Shown here piece by piece: positions 46,759 through 60,141 of a stretch of 64,000 nt of DNA. The stretch lies in NCBI GenBank assembly GCA_964019425.1, contig OZ025780.1, forward strand, positions 1,240,001 through 1,304,000. Direction: 5' to 3'. The notes beneath the pieces are model-generated. The model was given only the letters and a program-made list of their open reading frames with translations, ran no database searches and had not been told where the DNA came from. This DNA is from Flectonema sp. DT1601 (taxonomy: Eukaryota). Every line of letters starts with the position of its first letter. The first letter of the stretch is position 1. A program made the position numbers and the translations under genes.

Positions 46759-48930
46759 TCAGGCAAATTTTGTTTTCTTTTGCCCACCTTCCCTATCGTG
46801 AAGTACAGTGCGACCAACTGTTCCTGCAGTTATTGTGGGGGAATCAAACCAACTGGAAGGACACTCCATAGATCCACAAATATGAGTCACAAACCTCAAA
46901 GTAAGCGGATTGCAAGGAGCACTAAGGAACAAAGCCTCAGAACTAACAGCAACAACAACACCGAGAGATACAAATGTTGATTCGTTCCCAGGTGGGGAAC
47001 TACTTATTGAGACACCACTCTCATCAACCTTATCCTTCCCTCCCCTGTAAAGTGCTACTATTTTCTTGTCTAATAATTGGAATAATACTTCTGGTACAAC
47101 ACTATCAACCAGGTTTGGGGTCCAGTCAATGTTACTAACATGAAACGTGACACGCTGAAGTGGAACTTCATACGGGATTTGTGAAGCAAAAAAGTCTCGA
47201 ATCAAGCTGTGCCCCTCCCACTGAATCTTCCTTGAAAGACACCATTGGTTGAAATTACGAGGAACAAGTGATACGACTGTGGCTGCTTGACGTTGCCAGG
47301 AAGCAGTTTTTTGTTTTCCGGCCAGGTCGTTCTGTAGTACTTGTGACAGATCAATGACAACTGCTGGCTTGGAAGCAGCAGGCGTTGGTTGATTGCTAAA
47401 GAAGGAAGGCAGCATTCCTTTGTATCTCCCTCCAAGACATCTAATAATTCCATTTTCCGGTAAAAATAATTGCTGAGCACGTTCCAGCTGTGTATCCCCA
47501 CGTCCTTGTAAGTTACCTGTTAAGAATGCATGTGTTGGGGAAGATGTTTGAATCACCTCTGAGAGACAGCGTAGACCGATACCTGATACCCATCCATGAG
47601 TATTTATTACTAAAGGTGAAGATTGATCTCTATCACCAGCCAGTAGTGAAATTATTGTTTCCACATATACCAACGGGTTCTTCTGGGGTGACGTTCCAGA
47701 CAAGAAGCGAACAGATTGTTGGAATCCTAAACTCTGACAGCAGTAGCTGGGACCTGAAACTGGTTTCGTAACCCGAGTGAGGGACACACAGCCTGGTGGA
47801 GAGAAATCAGCTTGTCCCATGTCAGTATCAAGAAAGTCAACAGACTGATAGGAATCAAGCAAAACATTAGTAATATACTTAGCCAAAGTACTCTTACCCG
47901 TATTGGAACTACCAAGTAGTATGATTCTAGGGGGGGTAGTATGGCTACCTTTTAACACTTCAGAGACATTTGAAGGGTATGTAATTGTAGGCTCATCATT
48001 AGCAGTACGACATTTCTCAAGAATAGAACCGATCATAACTTGCTTAGGTGACGGATGAAACGAATATAAATAATTCATTAACGAACTGCGTCCAGAAGCA
48101 ACAACCAACACAGTTGCTACCGACTCCAACCCCCTAGCTTTAACTAACGCCCATTTATATTCCGCTTCACTCGGTGCTTGACTAAGAAGCGGATGCTCTG
48201 GAGGGCAGTTCATACATTCCGCTTCTGATTCACCAGACTCTACAGAAATACTTGAAATGATACCTTCTCCTCCCCAAGTTTGAAGCCATTCACCAGACTT
48301 ATATTTACCACCAGAATAATAAATAGTTCCTGATATTATTAACACTCGAGAGTTAAATCCCGAAAGGTTCAACTCATCAAATTGTTGAAGAGAGACGAGA
48401 GCAACAGAAGGTTGACGGCTGGGATCAGGTGGTAAGAAGAAACGATCTGAAGGAAGACCAGCATATTGGACTTGAGGAGCTTCAGGTGTTGCTGAACATG
48501 TAGAAGTAGCTTCGTCATCACTGGAGTCCGCAAAGGTTGCTTTTGTTACTTGTTGTTGCTCTTCATTCGGCGTATCAGAAGCAGAGGATACATTATGCCA
48601 CGTACCGCTACTCTCATCATCACTTGACTCGTCAAATTCATACTTCGGTTGCACTCTCTCTGCACCTCTCACTGTCATTACTTCCTTAAGCCCACTGCTT
48701 TCCTTTCTTGCTTCCGCTTCACACCTTTCTGTAATTTCACTTACCTCAATACTTTTCTCCGGTCCCATCTTCACGAAAAGCGCAACCTTGGAATCATCTT
48801 TTGAAGGATTCTCAACACATATCCTCTTTCTCCTCACAGGTGCCCGCCGTGACCTCACAAGACGCGTTCTAGTTCGGTACCCACCTCCTTCAATTTCATC
48901 TAAGGAAGGCCCGGATATTATTGTTGCCAT
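46759..48930 (-). CDS. NOL9: Polynucleotide 5'-hydroxyl kinase NOL9/Grc3 (Clp1-like P-loop)
   Basis: GSSNTGKST, LDTDMGQADFSPPGCVSL and PLVINTHGWVSGIG motifs. Confidence 0.88.
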   Translation of the reverse strand: MATIISGPSLDEIEGGGYRTRTRLVRSRRAPVRRKRICVENPSKDDSKVALFVKMGPEKSIEVSEITERCEAEARKESSGLKEVMTVRGAERVQPKYEFDESSDDESSGTWHNVSSASDTPNEEQQQVTKATFADSSDDEATSTCSATPEAPQVQYAGLPSDRFFLPPDPSRQPSVALVSLQQFDELNLSGFNSRVLIISGTIYYSGGKYKSGEWLQTWGGEGIISSISVESGESEAECMNCPPEHPLLSQAPSEAEYKWALVKARGLESVATVLVVASGRSSLMNYLYSFHPSPKQVMIGSILEKCRTANDEPTITYPSNVSEVLKGSHTTPPRIILLGSSNTGKSTLAKYITNVLLDSYQSVDFLDTDMGQADFSPPGCVSLTRVTKPVSGPSYCCQSLGFQQSVRFLSGTSPQKNPLVYVETIISLLAGDRDQSSPLVINTHGWVSGIGLRCLSEVIQTSSPTHAFLTGNLQGRGDTQLERAQQLFLPENGIIRCLGGRYKGMLPSFFSNQPTPAASKPAVVIDLSQVLQNDLAGKQKTASWQRQAATVVSLVPRNFNQWCLSRKIQWEGHSLIRDFFASQIPYEVPLQRVTFHVSNIDWTPNLVDSVVPEVLFQLLDKKIVALYRGGKDKVDESGVSISSSPPGNESTFVSLGVVVAVSSEALFLSAPCNPLTLRFVTHICGSMECPSSWFDSPTITAGTVGRTVLHDREGGQKKTKFA

Positions 48931-49586
48931 TTTGATATACTTTAAAGAAAAATTGATAGCGAGTTAGTAAGTATCAGCCTGTCACAAATAAATTACTTAT
49001 ATTTCATTTACTCACGAAGCCTAGGAATTTCGACCGATTCAGTAAAAACTCAACAGGGTAACAATTAGATCGCTACCAGTTAATCATGAGACTCTGACGA
49101 TAAGAGACGTAGAAGCCAGTAGTGAGAAACTTGGTTTCCTTTCGATGCGCGCGATTAGTTTCTACCTCACAATAATAACCCGAAGTGGAAACTTAAGATG
49201 ACTATCTTGATCCATGACAGCGTGTGAAAGGATGTCATTCGGTTCGAAAGAACTTATTCAGAGACAGTTCCTTATCTGGTGTAAATAAATAAATAAATAA
49301 ATGAATTAATAACTAAATAATCAATTGATAAATCAATCAATGATAGCTATTAAGTTAGAAAGCTAACAAGTCCGAGAAAGAACTGTTGAATGCAGGAGGT
49401 CTGGGTGAAGAAGACACCGCTGGAAAGATCAATACCCAGCTGCCCACTTTGCCCAGGACCAACAGGTTGAACAACAAAAGAAAAAAGAAATGATCAAATA
49501 GTTAACTGTTGAGCATACTTATAAAGATATAAATATGTGTATTATATCAAACTTAACTAATCAGGAGAGAGGAATAAATGAAATAT

Positions 49587-49790
49587 TTTATTTATTTATT
49601 TATTTATTTATTTACGAAGTCTAGGAAGCCAAAAGCCAGGAAAGGCTCACAGAGTAACAGTTATATCGCTACCAGCAACCGTGAGACTCTCACAGACGAT
49701 AAGAGACGTAGAATAACCTGGAACAAATGACTACCTAAACCCACCGTCCACGCGAGCAGACAGTGTTAGAGACGGCTGATAACGCCAATT
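49587..49790 (-). mobile_element. SINE-like (TAAA)n-tailed element, copy 2
   Basis: Present only in the first tandem unit; empty sites at ~53275 and ~56710. Confidence 0.75.
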
Positions 49791-52436
49791 TATATATTTT
49801 CTGTTTCACATGTAAGACCTTTCTTCATATCATTAATTCGTATATGAGATTATTTAAAAAAATGCATTTGAGTTACTTAGTATTAGTATTAATAGTTAGA
49901 ATATGAGTTTATTATAAAAAAGTGCACTAAAATAAAATACAAAAAAGAAAAGTTACAAAAACACATTGTTCTGCTGTTCCACAATACACTGTGGAATACG
50001 TAGTTTCAGGCCTTAATCTTATACTACTTAGTTAGTTGGTATGAAAGAATCACACGTCTCAAATGACGAAAAGAAAAAAAAAAACTCAGGAAAAGGACCA
50101 TTCATTCTAATTTCAGATCTGTTTATTACGAGTAACAAACTTACTGCCGTTGTGAAAGTCAACAGTTATTGTGTTTTTAAAAAACATTCCAAAACATTGA
50201 TTCAAGAAAAGGTTTTTTACCTGAAGATAGGAGAGAGCATCAAGGTTTTCACACGTAGTCGGTAGTTGTTTGAAAAAAAGAATATCTTGACCATTAAAAT
50301 AATCAAGTTAGTCTTCATGAGTATCAGTCAATCAAAAAAAAATCAAATGCAAAAATTCGAGGACAACAAACAAATAATGGTTGGTTTCGGGCTAAAATTA
50401 AAAAATCAGTCTTCGGACTGTTCCCTTCCAGCCCTCTTCAGCGAAGAAAGCAAGGGGAACACCGCAGTCAGGCTTGTCCTACTCAACTTCTCAGCAAAGG
50501 GAACACGTCAACATGATTATTTACTTTACCAATTAACACAGTCTCCCTATATAAATATCCGTCAACGTTGGATAACAACTAATGAGTTCTGAGTTAATGT
50601 TTATAGGGGGATAGATAATGAAAATATAAAAAGGTTTCCACTCATGCTCAATAATCAAGTTAGTTGGTTGGTTATTTATTAGTTTTTTAATCCAACGTTT
50701 CTGTATATTATGAGTGTTGGGTAAGTCACAGCAACAGAAGACCAAATCTGTGGCACGTGTAGTTCGGACGGAATTCAGTCTTGTTCAGAGAGAGGGACAT
50801 TGCAGATCCATTCTACTTGCCCAATGGCATTATTCGCCTTGGTTTCTAATTCGCTTGCTGAATCAAATCAATCAATCAATCGTATGGACATTAAACAAAT
50901 AATGTTTGGTTTTCGGCTACGCACACAAACATGAGTCTTTCTTCGGACTGATGACTGTGAGGCCTGGGTAACCCTCACCAGTTGAGGACTCAATCGCAGG
51001 GATTAGGTTTCTATAGCTTCGGGATCGACTCTCAGATAGTCTACCCAGAGAATTATTTATTTATTTAATTAAATTAATAAATTAAAAACAAGAAAAAAAG
51101 AACCGACGTGGGAATATTCTCACATATACTAAGCATTATAAGGACATAAATATATGTATTTTATCAAAGTTAACTAATTAAAACGTTAGTTATTTATAAA
51201 AGGAGTGACTAAACATAGTAAGATGAAAGATGATGTAGCTGGAATTGTATTTGACTGAAAGAGTTGGTTATGAGATAACCACATTGATACTAAGGGAAGA
51301 GTGAGGAGATTGGAGTGATAAATTAATTAAATAAAATATCTTTTCTATTCCATCTTTTCCTCATTAAATAATTACGTGTTTCGAATACCCATTCTACAAA
51401 AGGAAAATAAACTCGGAGTCGCTAATCCTTAATAAAGTTTGGGCAACACGAATAAATCTTTAAATCTTCCACTCCATAAGGAATAGAATCAAAAGGAACC
51501 ACAAATCAGATATTCACTTTCAGTTCTTAACTGCTCCTGTTCTATAAAAAAGGAGAAAAAAGGAAAGCAGAAGAAAACACAACTGTTAAAAAGAAGCCAC
51601 AAAAGCCGCATCGTATTAATTTGGTTTTGCAGACTGAAGTGTCGCAAACTTAAGAGGGCTCACAAAAAAAAAGGAAAACAGTCAGTTTAAAGTCTTACCC
51701 GCACCGGACCAATTTGGTTTTGCTTATCACACAGAAAAAGAAAAAAAAAAAAGAAAGAAAATGTTAATTCCACAATCGTAAGAAAAACCTTTTTCGCCAA
51801 CTAGCAAGAGTGACCAGTAGCTTTTTTTACAAAAAACACAAAATAGGAAAAGAGGAAAGCAGGAGAGAAAATAGAACCATTTTTACTTAGAAATACTCCT
51901 ATTTAGGAAGTTGCCGTACTAATACATAAAAGTCCTCCTCCGAGAAGAAAATCTCCGCGTGTGATCCATTTCAACCGAAGGGGATAATTAATAATTGCAA
52001 GGCAACACCGTACTGAATAGGAGACCAGTAGAGCTCTCCATTAGAGTATTTTCACGCATTTTTATTAGTTTCATCGCAAGAGACATCTTATTGCCAAAAG
52101 TAAAATGCTTAACGCAAAAAGAAGATCAATCACCACGAAATATGATGACAATAAACAGGTCTTGCAAGGAGGATAGTAATCAAAAAGATTCAATACAAGA
52201 ATGAAAACCTTCCATGATCACCTTTCAACAAGCATGATAAAAGAGGACGTCATCCAGCGTGAAGGCGCGTAGAATACAACCAGACAACTTAATGGACGAC
52301 AACAATCATGAAGAATTGAACGGATCTCTACTCATCGGTTTCAGTTACTTTTAACATTCTTTTCCATCCTTACGAAGCGCTTTCTAAATCCAGAGGGCGG
52401 ATTCTTATCATCCAAATAATTACATTATCCAAACAA

Positions 52437-53163
52437 CTAAATCCTAACTGTTCCAACATTCTGACTGTCAGCCCACGACAATAAGGTCTTCGATGGTGTT
52501 GCTGTATTCAATATTGGAGATGCAAAGGAAGGCTGAGGCTGCACACTGCTCTGTTCCAACGAATCGAGACTTATCAACGACTGCCGCATTGACATTCCGA
52601 GTTCCACGTTGGAGTCCTCATCGACATTCTTCTCAAGCTTCAATTCCCTGACAGCATAAAACACGTCGAGAAGGTAACAAACAAAGTCATAGATGGATCT
52701 CACAACAGAGAGCACTAACAACATCGGCGCCAACACCAGCTCCCCTCCTAATCCAGACACAGTGCACAAGATCAGAATGCAAGTTAACAAATATGTTGCA
52801 ACTGACAGCTGAGCAAGGAAGTTCGAGCTGTAAATCGAACACATCATAATTAGCAAAATCTGCAAAGCGTTCACGACAAACAATATCCATCCCCTCGCAT
52901 CACAATTCTCAATAACTAAAATCAAAGTAACAGGAATAGTTATCCAGAACTCAAGAAGGAAATAGTGTCCTCGGATCCACTTCTGCTCCGTGTGAGCATC
53001 AAATACCAACCCGTTTGACTCCACATAAGAATCGTCGTTGACGTCCGTGGATTCCCACGCAGCCCCACCCAAAAAGTATACAAACAGTTTGCTTTTCGGA
53101 GCCGTTCCCTTGTTAAACTGACACTTCGATGAGTTAAGTTTGAACATCCACATTACACCTCCG
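52437..53163 (-). pseudogene. 5'-truncated copy of the VWA-multipass gene (TM region only)
   Basis: Near-identical to 60142-60868; breakpoint at cacctccg|aacaac. Confidence 0.85.
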
Positions 53164-55870
53164 AACAACAAAAGAAAAAAGAAATGATCAAATAGTTAGC
53201 TGTTGAGCATACTTATAAAGATATAAATATGTGTATTATATCAAACTTAACTAATCAGGGGAGAGGAATAAATAAAATATATTTTCCGTTTCACATGTAA
53301 GACCTTTTTTCATATCATTAATTCGTATATGAGATTATTTTAAAAAATGCATTTGAGTTACTTAGTATTAGTATTAATAGTTAGTATCATTAATTTTAGA
53401 ACAGAAAAGTGAGAATAAGAAAAGTAGAGATCAATAATATTAGTATTAATAGTTAGTTAGTTGGTATGAAAGAATCACACGTCTCAAATGACGAAAAAAA
53501 TAAAAACTCAGGAAAAGGACCATTCATTCTAATTTCAGATCTGTTTATTACGAGTAACAAACTTACTGCCGTTGTGAAAGTCAACAGTTATTGTGTTTTT
53601 AAAAAACATTCCAAAACATTGATTCAAGAAAAGGTTTTTTACCTGAAGATAGGAGAGAGCATCAAGGTTTTCACACGTAGTCGGTAGTTGTTTGAAAAAA
53701 AGAACATCTTGACCATTAAAATAATCAAGTTAGTCTTCATGAGTATCAGTCAATCAAAAAAAAATCAAATGCAAAAATTCGAGGACAACAAACAAATAAT
53801 GGTTGGTTTCGGGCTAAAATTAAAAAAATCACTCTTCGAACCGTTCCCTTCCAGCCCTCTTCAGCGAAGAAAGCAAGGGGAACACCGCAGTCAGGCTTGT
53901 CCTACTCAACTTCTCAGCAAAGGGAACACGTCAACATGATTATTTACTTTACCAATTAACACAGTCTCCCTATATAAATATCCGTCAACGTTGGATAACA
54001 ACTAATGAGTTCTGAGTTAATGTTTATAGGGGGATAGATAATAAAAATATAAAAAGGTTTCCACTCATGCTCAATAATCAAGTTAGTTGGTTGGTTATTT
54101 ATTAGTTTTTTAATCCAACGTTTCTGTATATTATGAGTGTTGGGTAAGTCACAGCAACAGAAGACCAAATCTGTGGCACGTGTAGTTCGGACGGAATTCA
54201 GTCTTGTTCAGAGAGAGGGACATTGCAGATCCATTGAGCCGGTCTTCTACTTGCCCAATGGCATTATTCGCCTTGGTTTCTAATTCGCTTGCTGAATCAA
54301 ATCAATCAATCAATCGTATGGACATTAAACAAATAATGTTTGGTTTTCGGCTACGCACACAAACATGAGTCTTTCTTCGGACTGATGACTGTGAGGCCTG
54401 GGTAACCCTCACCAGTTGAGGACTCAATCGCAGGGATTAGGTTTCTATAGCTTCGGGATCGACTCTCAGATAGTCTACCCAGAGAATTATTTATTTATTT
54501 AATTAAATTAATAAATTAAAAACAAGAAAAAAAGAACCGACGTGGGAATATTCTCACATATACTAAGTATTATAAGGACATAAATATATGTATTTTATCA
54601 AAGTTAACTAATTAAAACGTTAGTTATTTATAAAAGGAGTGACTAAACATAGTAAGATGAAAGATGATGTAGCTGGAATTGTATTTGACTGAAAGAGTTG
54701 GTTATGAGATAACCACATTGATACTAAGGGAAGAGTGAGGAGATTGGAGTGATAAATTAATTAAATAAAATATCTTTTCTATTCCATCTTTTCCTCATTA
54801 AATAATTACGTGTTTCGAATACCCATTCTACAAAAGGAAAATAAACTCGGAGTCGCTAATCCTTAATAAAGTTTGGGCAACACGAATAAATCTTTAAATC
54901 TTCCACTCCATAAGGAATAGAATCAAAAGGAACCACAAATCAGATATTCACTTTTAGTTCTTAACTGCTCCTGTTCTATAAAAAAGGAGAAAAAAGGAAA
55001 GCAGAAGAAAACACAACTGTTAAAAAGAAGTCACAAAAGCCGCATCGTATTAATTTGGTTTTGCAGACTGAAGTGTCGCAAACTTAAGAGGGCTCACAAA
55101 AAAAAAGGAAAACAGTCAGTTTAAAGTCTTACCCGCACCGGACCAATTTGGTTTTGCTTATCACACAGAAAAAGAAAAAAAAAAAAGAAAGAAAATGTTA
55201 ATTCCACAATCGTAAGAAAAACCTTTTTCGCCAACTAGCAAGAGTGACCAGTAGCTTTTTTTACAAAAAACACAAAATAGGAAAAGAGGAAAGCAGGAGA
55301 GAAACTAGAACCATTTTTACTTAGAAATACTCCTATTTAGGAAGTTGCCGTACTAATACATAAAAGTCCTCCTCCGAGAAGAAAATCTCCGCGTGTGATC
55401 CATTTCAACCGAAGGGGATAATTAATAATTGCAAGGCAACACCGTACTGAATAGGAGACCAGTAGAGCTCTCCATTAGAGTATTTTCACGCATTTTTATT
55501 AGTTTCATCGCAAGAGACATCTTATTGCCAAAAGTAAAATGCTTAACGCAAAAAGAAGATCAATCACCACGAAATATGATGACAACAAACAGGTCTTGCA
55601 AGGAGGATAGTAATCAAAAAGATTCAATACAAGAATGAAAACCTTCCATGATCACCTTTCAACAAGCATGATAAAAGAGGACGTCATCCAGCGTGAAGGC
55701 GCGTAGAATACAACCAGACAACTTAATGGACGACAACAATCATGAAGAATTGAACGGATCTCTACTCATCGGTTTCAGTTACTTTTAACATTCTTTTCCA
55801 TCCTTACGAAGCGCTTTCTAAATCCAGAGGGCGGATTCTTATCATCCAAATAATTACATTATCCAAACAA

Positions 55871-56597
55871 CTAAATCCTAACTGTTCCAACATTCTGACT
55901 GTCAGCCCACGACAATAAGGTCTTCGATGGTGTTGCTGTATTCAATATTGGAGATGCAAAGGAAGGCTGAGGCTGCACACTGCTCTGTTCCAACGAATCG
56001 AGACTTATCAACGACTGCCGCATTGACATTCCGAGTTCCACGTTGGAGTCCTCATCGACATTCTTCTCAAGCTTCAATTCCCTGACAGCATAAAACACGT
56101 CGAGAAGGTAACAAACAAAGTCATAGATGGATCTCACAACAGAGAGCACTAACAACATCGGCGCCAACACCAGCTCCCCTCCTAATCCAGACACAGTGCA
56201 CAAGATCAGAATGCAAGTTAACAAGTATGTTGCAACTGACAGCTGAGCAAGGAAGTTCGAGCTGTAAATCGAACACATCATAATTAGCAAAATCTGCAAA
56301 GCGTTCACGACAAACAATATCCATCCCCTCGCATCACAATTCTCAATAACTAAAATCAAAGTAACAGGAATAGTTATCCAGAACTCAAGAAGGAAATAGT
56401 GTCCTCGGATCCACTTCTGCTCCGTGTGAGCATCAAATACCAACCCGTTTGACTCCACATAAGAATCGTCGTTGACGTCCGTGGATTCCCACGCAGCCCC
56501 ACCCAAAAAGTATACAAACAGTTTGCTTTTCGGAGCCGTTCCCTTGTTAAACTGACACTTCGATGAGTTAAGTTTGAACATCCACATTACACCTCCG
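55871..56597 (-). pseudogene. 5'-truncated copy of the VWA-multipass gene (TM region only)
   Basis: Same breakpoint and sequence as 52437-53163. Confidence 0.85.
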
Positions 56598-58153
56598 AAC
56601 AACAAAAGAAAAAAGAAATGATCAAATAGTTAGCTGTTGAGCATACTTATAAAGATATAAATATGTGTATTATATCAAACTTAACTAATCAGGGGAGAGG
56701 AATAAATAAAATATATTTTCCGTTTCACATGTAAGACCTTTTTTCATATCATTAATTCGTATATGAGATTATTTTAAAAAATGCATTTGAGTTACTTAGT
56801 ATTAGTATTAATAGTTAGTATCATTAATTTTAGAACAGAAAAGTGAGAATAAGAAAAGTAGAGATCAATAATATTAGTATTAATAGTTAGTTAGTTGGTA
56901 TGAAAGAATCACACGTCTCAAATGACGAAAAAAATAAAAACTCAGGAAAAGGACCATTCATTCTAATTTCAGATCTGTTTATTACGAGTAACAAACTTAC
57001 TGCCGTTGTGAAAGTCAACAGTTATTGTGTTTTTAAAAAACATTCCAAAACATTGATTCAAGAAAAGGTTTTTTACCTGAAGATAGGAGAGAGCATCAAG
57101 GTTTTCACACGTAGTCGGTAGTTGTTTGAAAAAAAGAATATCTTGACCATTAAAATAATCAAATTAGTCTTCATGAGTATCAGTCAATCAAAAAAAAATC
57201 AAATGCAAAAATTCGAGGACAACAAACAAATAATAGTTGGTTTCGGGCTAAAATTAAAAAAATCACTCTTCGAACCGTTCCCTTCCAGCCCTCTTCAGCG
57301 AAGAAAGCAAGGGGAACACCGCAGTCAGGCTTGTCCTACTCAACTTCTCAGCAAAGGGAACACGTCAACATGATTATTTACTTTACCAATTAACACAGTC
57401 TCCCTATATAAATATCCGTCAACGTTGGATAACAACTAATGAGTTCTGAGTTAATGTTTATAGGGGGATAGATAATAAAAATATAAAAAGGTTTCCACTC
57501 ATGCTCAATAATCAAGTTAGTTGGTTGGTTATTTATTAGTTTTTTAATCCAACGTTTCTGTATATTATGAGTGTTGGGTAAGTCACAGCAACAGAAGACC
57601 AAATCTGTGGCACGTGTAGTTCGGACGGAATTCAGTCTTGTTCAGAGAGAGGGACATTGCAGATCCATTGAGCCGGTCTTCTACTTGCCCAATGGCATTA
57701 TTCGCCTTGGTTTCTAATTCGCTTGCTGAATCAAATCAATCAATAAATCGTATGGACATTAAACAAATAATGTTTGGTTTTCGGCTACGCACACATACAC
57801 GAGTCTTTCTTCGGAATGAAATCTCGATAGAAGAACTGATGACTGTGAGGCCTGGGATTAACAAATTAAAAACAAGAAAAAAAGAATCGACGTGGGAATA
57901 TTCTCACATATACTAAGCATTATAAGGGCATAAATATATGTATTTTATCAAAGTTAACTAATTAAAACGTTAGTTATTTATAAAAGGAGCGGTAGTTTGA
58001 CGAAGTAGAAACAATAATGAAATGTATAATACAAAAACAAGCAAAAGATGAAAGATGATGTAGCTTGAATTGTTGGTTATGAGATAACCGTATTATCGGA
58101 AGGGTAACTTGATACTAAGGGAAGAGAGAGGAGATTGGAGTTGATAAATTAAT

Positions 58154-58680
58154 GAGTATTAATTGGGAAGATGCTTAAGTTGATATGATTCAACTCGAAA
58201 CGGTTTCATTATCGTCGAGTGGGGATTCCGGCGCGACCGGTCGTCATCACCACTCAATGATAACTATGAGTTGAGAGTTAGACATTATGTCAACTTACCG
58301 AACAATTTCCTGTACATAATTACACTCACGGGCTCAGTAATTTTACTTTTTAAAGAAACGTGAAACCCTAATGGTTAATAATACCTGAGGGCATAATCAT
58401 ACCTTTACTGATGCCCATTATCCACATTCATTAAAGTATCACTTTGGAAAACTCAAAATAACCCGGATTATTACAGGTCAATAATAATTACATCATCACA
58501 GCCATTTTTAAACCAAATACAGAATTTTACTGTCGTTTTAGATTTGGCCTTAACTTCACACTTTTTTTGTGATAATTTCGATTTTGCTAATCATCGGCCT
58601 TGTGTACGGAATGTAATTATCGGAAGCTTTCTACTCCGCGAGTGATTAAATGTGCACAGAAATAATTCCTTTTTTAAGTC
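58154..58680. mobile_element. Hairpin-bearing non-coding insertion, copy 2 (inverted relative to 14147-14802)
   Basis: Reverse complement aligns with 14160-14800; flanked by attaat at 58148-58153 and 58681-58686; absent from the equivalent site in other units (e.g. ~51320). Confidence 0.8.
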
Positions 58681-60141
58681 ATTAATTAAATAAAATTTCT
58701 TTTCTATTCCACCCTTTCTTAATGAGATAATTACGTGTTTCGAATACCCACGATCAAGTCGTTCATTCCTAATAGCCCTAAGCATTGTAAGAAGGGTCAT
58801 TCCAAAGGTTTCGTGGGAATATTCTCACATATACTAAGTATTATAAGGACATAAATATATGTATTTTATCAAAGTTAACTAATTAAAACGTTAGTTATTT
58901 ATAAAAGGAGTGACTAAACATAGTAAGATGAAAGATGATGTAGCTGGAATTGTATTTGACTGAAAGAGTTGGTTATGAGATAACCACATTGATACTAAGG
59001 GAAGAGTGAGGAGATTGGAGTGATAAATTAATTAAATAAAATATCTTTTCTATTCCATCTTTTCCTCATTAAATAATTACGTGTTTCGAATACCCATTCT
59101 ACAAAAGGAAAATAAACTCGGAGTCGCTAATCCTTAATAAAGTTTGGGCAACACGAATAAATCTTTAAATCTTCCACTCCATAAGGAATAGAATCAAAAG
59201 GAACCACAAATCAGATATTCACTTTTAGTTCTTAACTGCTCCTGTTCTATAAAAAAGGAGAAAAAAGGAAAGCAGAAGAAAACACAACTGTTAAAAAGAA
59301 GTCACAAAAGCCGCATCGTATTAATTTGGTTTTGCAGACTGAAGTGTCGCAAACTTAAGAGGGCTCACAAAAAAAAAGGAAAACAGTCAGTTTAAAGTCT
59401 TACCCGCACCGGACCAATTTGGTTTTGCTTATCACACAGAAAAAGAAAAAAAAAAAAGAAAGAAAATGTTAATTCCACAATCGTAAGAAAAACCTTTTTC
59501 GCCAACTAGCAAGAGTGACCAGTAGCTTTTTTTACAAAAAACACAAAATAGGAAAAGAGGAAAGCAGGAGAGAAACTAGAACCATTTTTACTTAGAAATA
59601 CTCCTATTTAGGAAGTTGCCGTACTAATACATAAAAGTCCTCCTCCGAGAAGAAAATCTCCGCGTGTGATCCATTTCAACCGAAGGGGATAATTAATAAT
59701 TGCAAGGCAACACCGTACTGAATAGGAGACCAGTAGAGCTCTCCATTAGAGTATTTTCACGCATTTTTATTAGTTTCATCGCAAGAGACATCTTATTGCC
59801 AAAAGTAAAATGCTTAACGCAAAAAGAAGATCAATCACCACGAAATATGATGACAACAAACAGGTCTTGCAAGGAGGATAGTAATCAAAAAGATTCAATA
59901 CAAGAATGAAAACCTTCCATGATCACCTTTCAACAAGCATGATAAAAGAGGACGTCATCCAGCGTGAAGGCGCGTAGAATACAACCAGACAACTTAATGG
60001 ACGACAACAATCATGAAGAATTGAACGGATCTCTACTCATCGGTTTCAGTTACTTTTAACATTCTTTTCCATCCTTACGAAGCGCTTTCTAAATCCAGAG
60101 GGCGGATTCTTATCATCCAAATAATTACATTATCCAAACAA

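Noticed and set aside
50949..51048. Hammerhead ribozyme (CTGATGA followed by a stem)
   Set aside because: No GAAA after the putative stem II and no stem I/III with an NUH site.
50041..52204. Recurring short ORFs in the tandem units
   Set aside because: They recur only because the DNA is recently duplicated; frames shift between units and there are no motifs.
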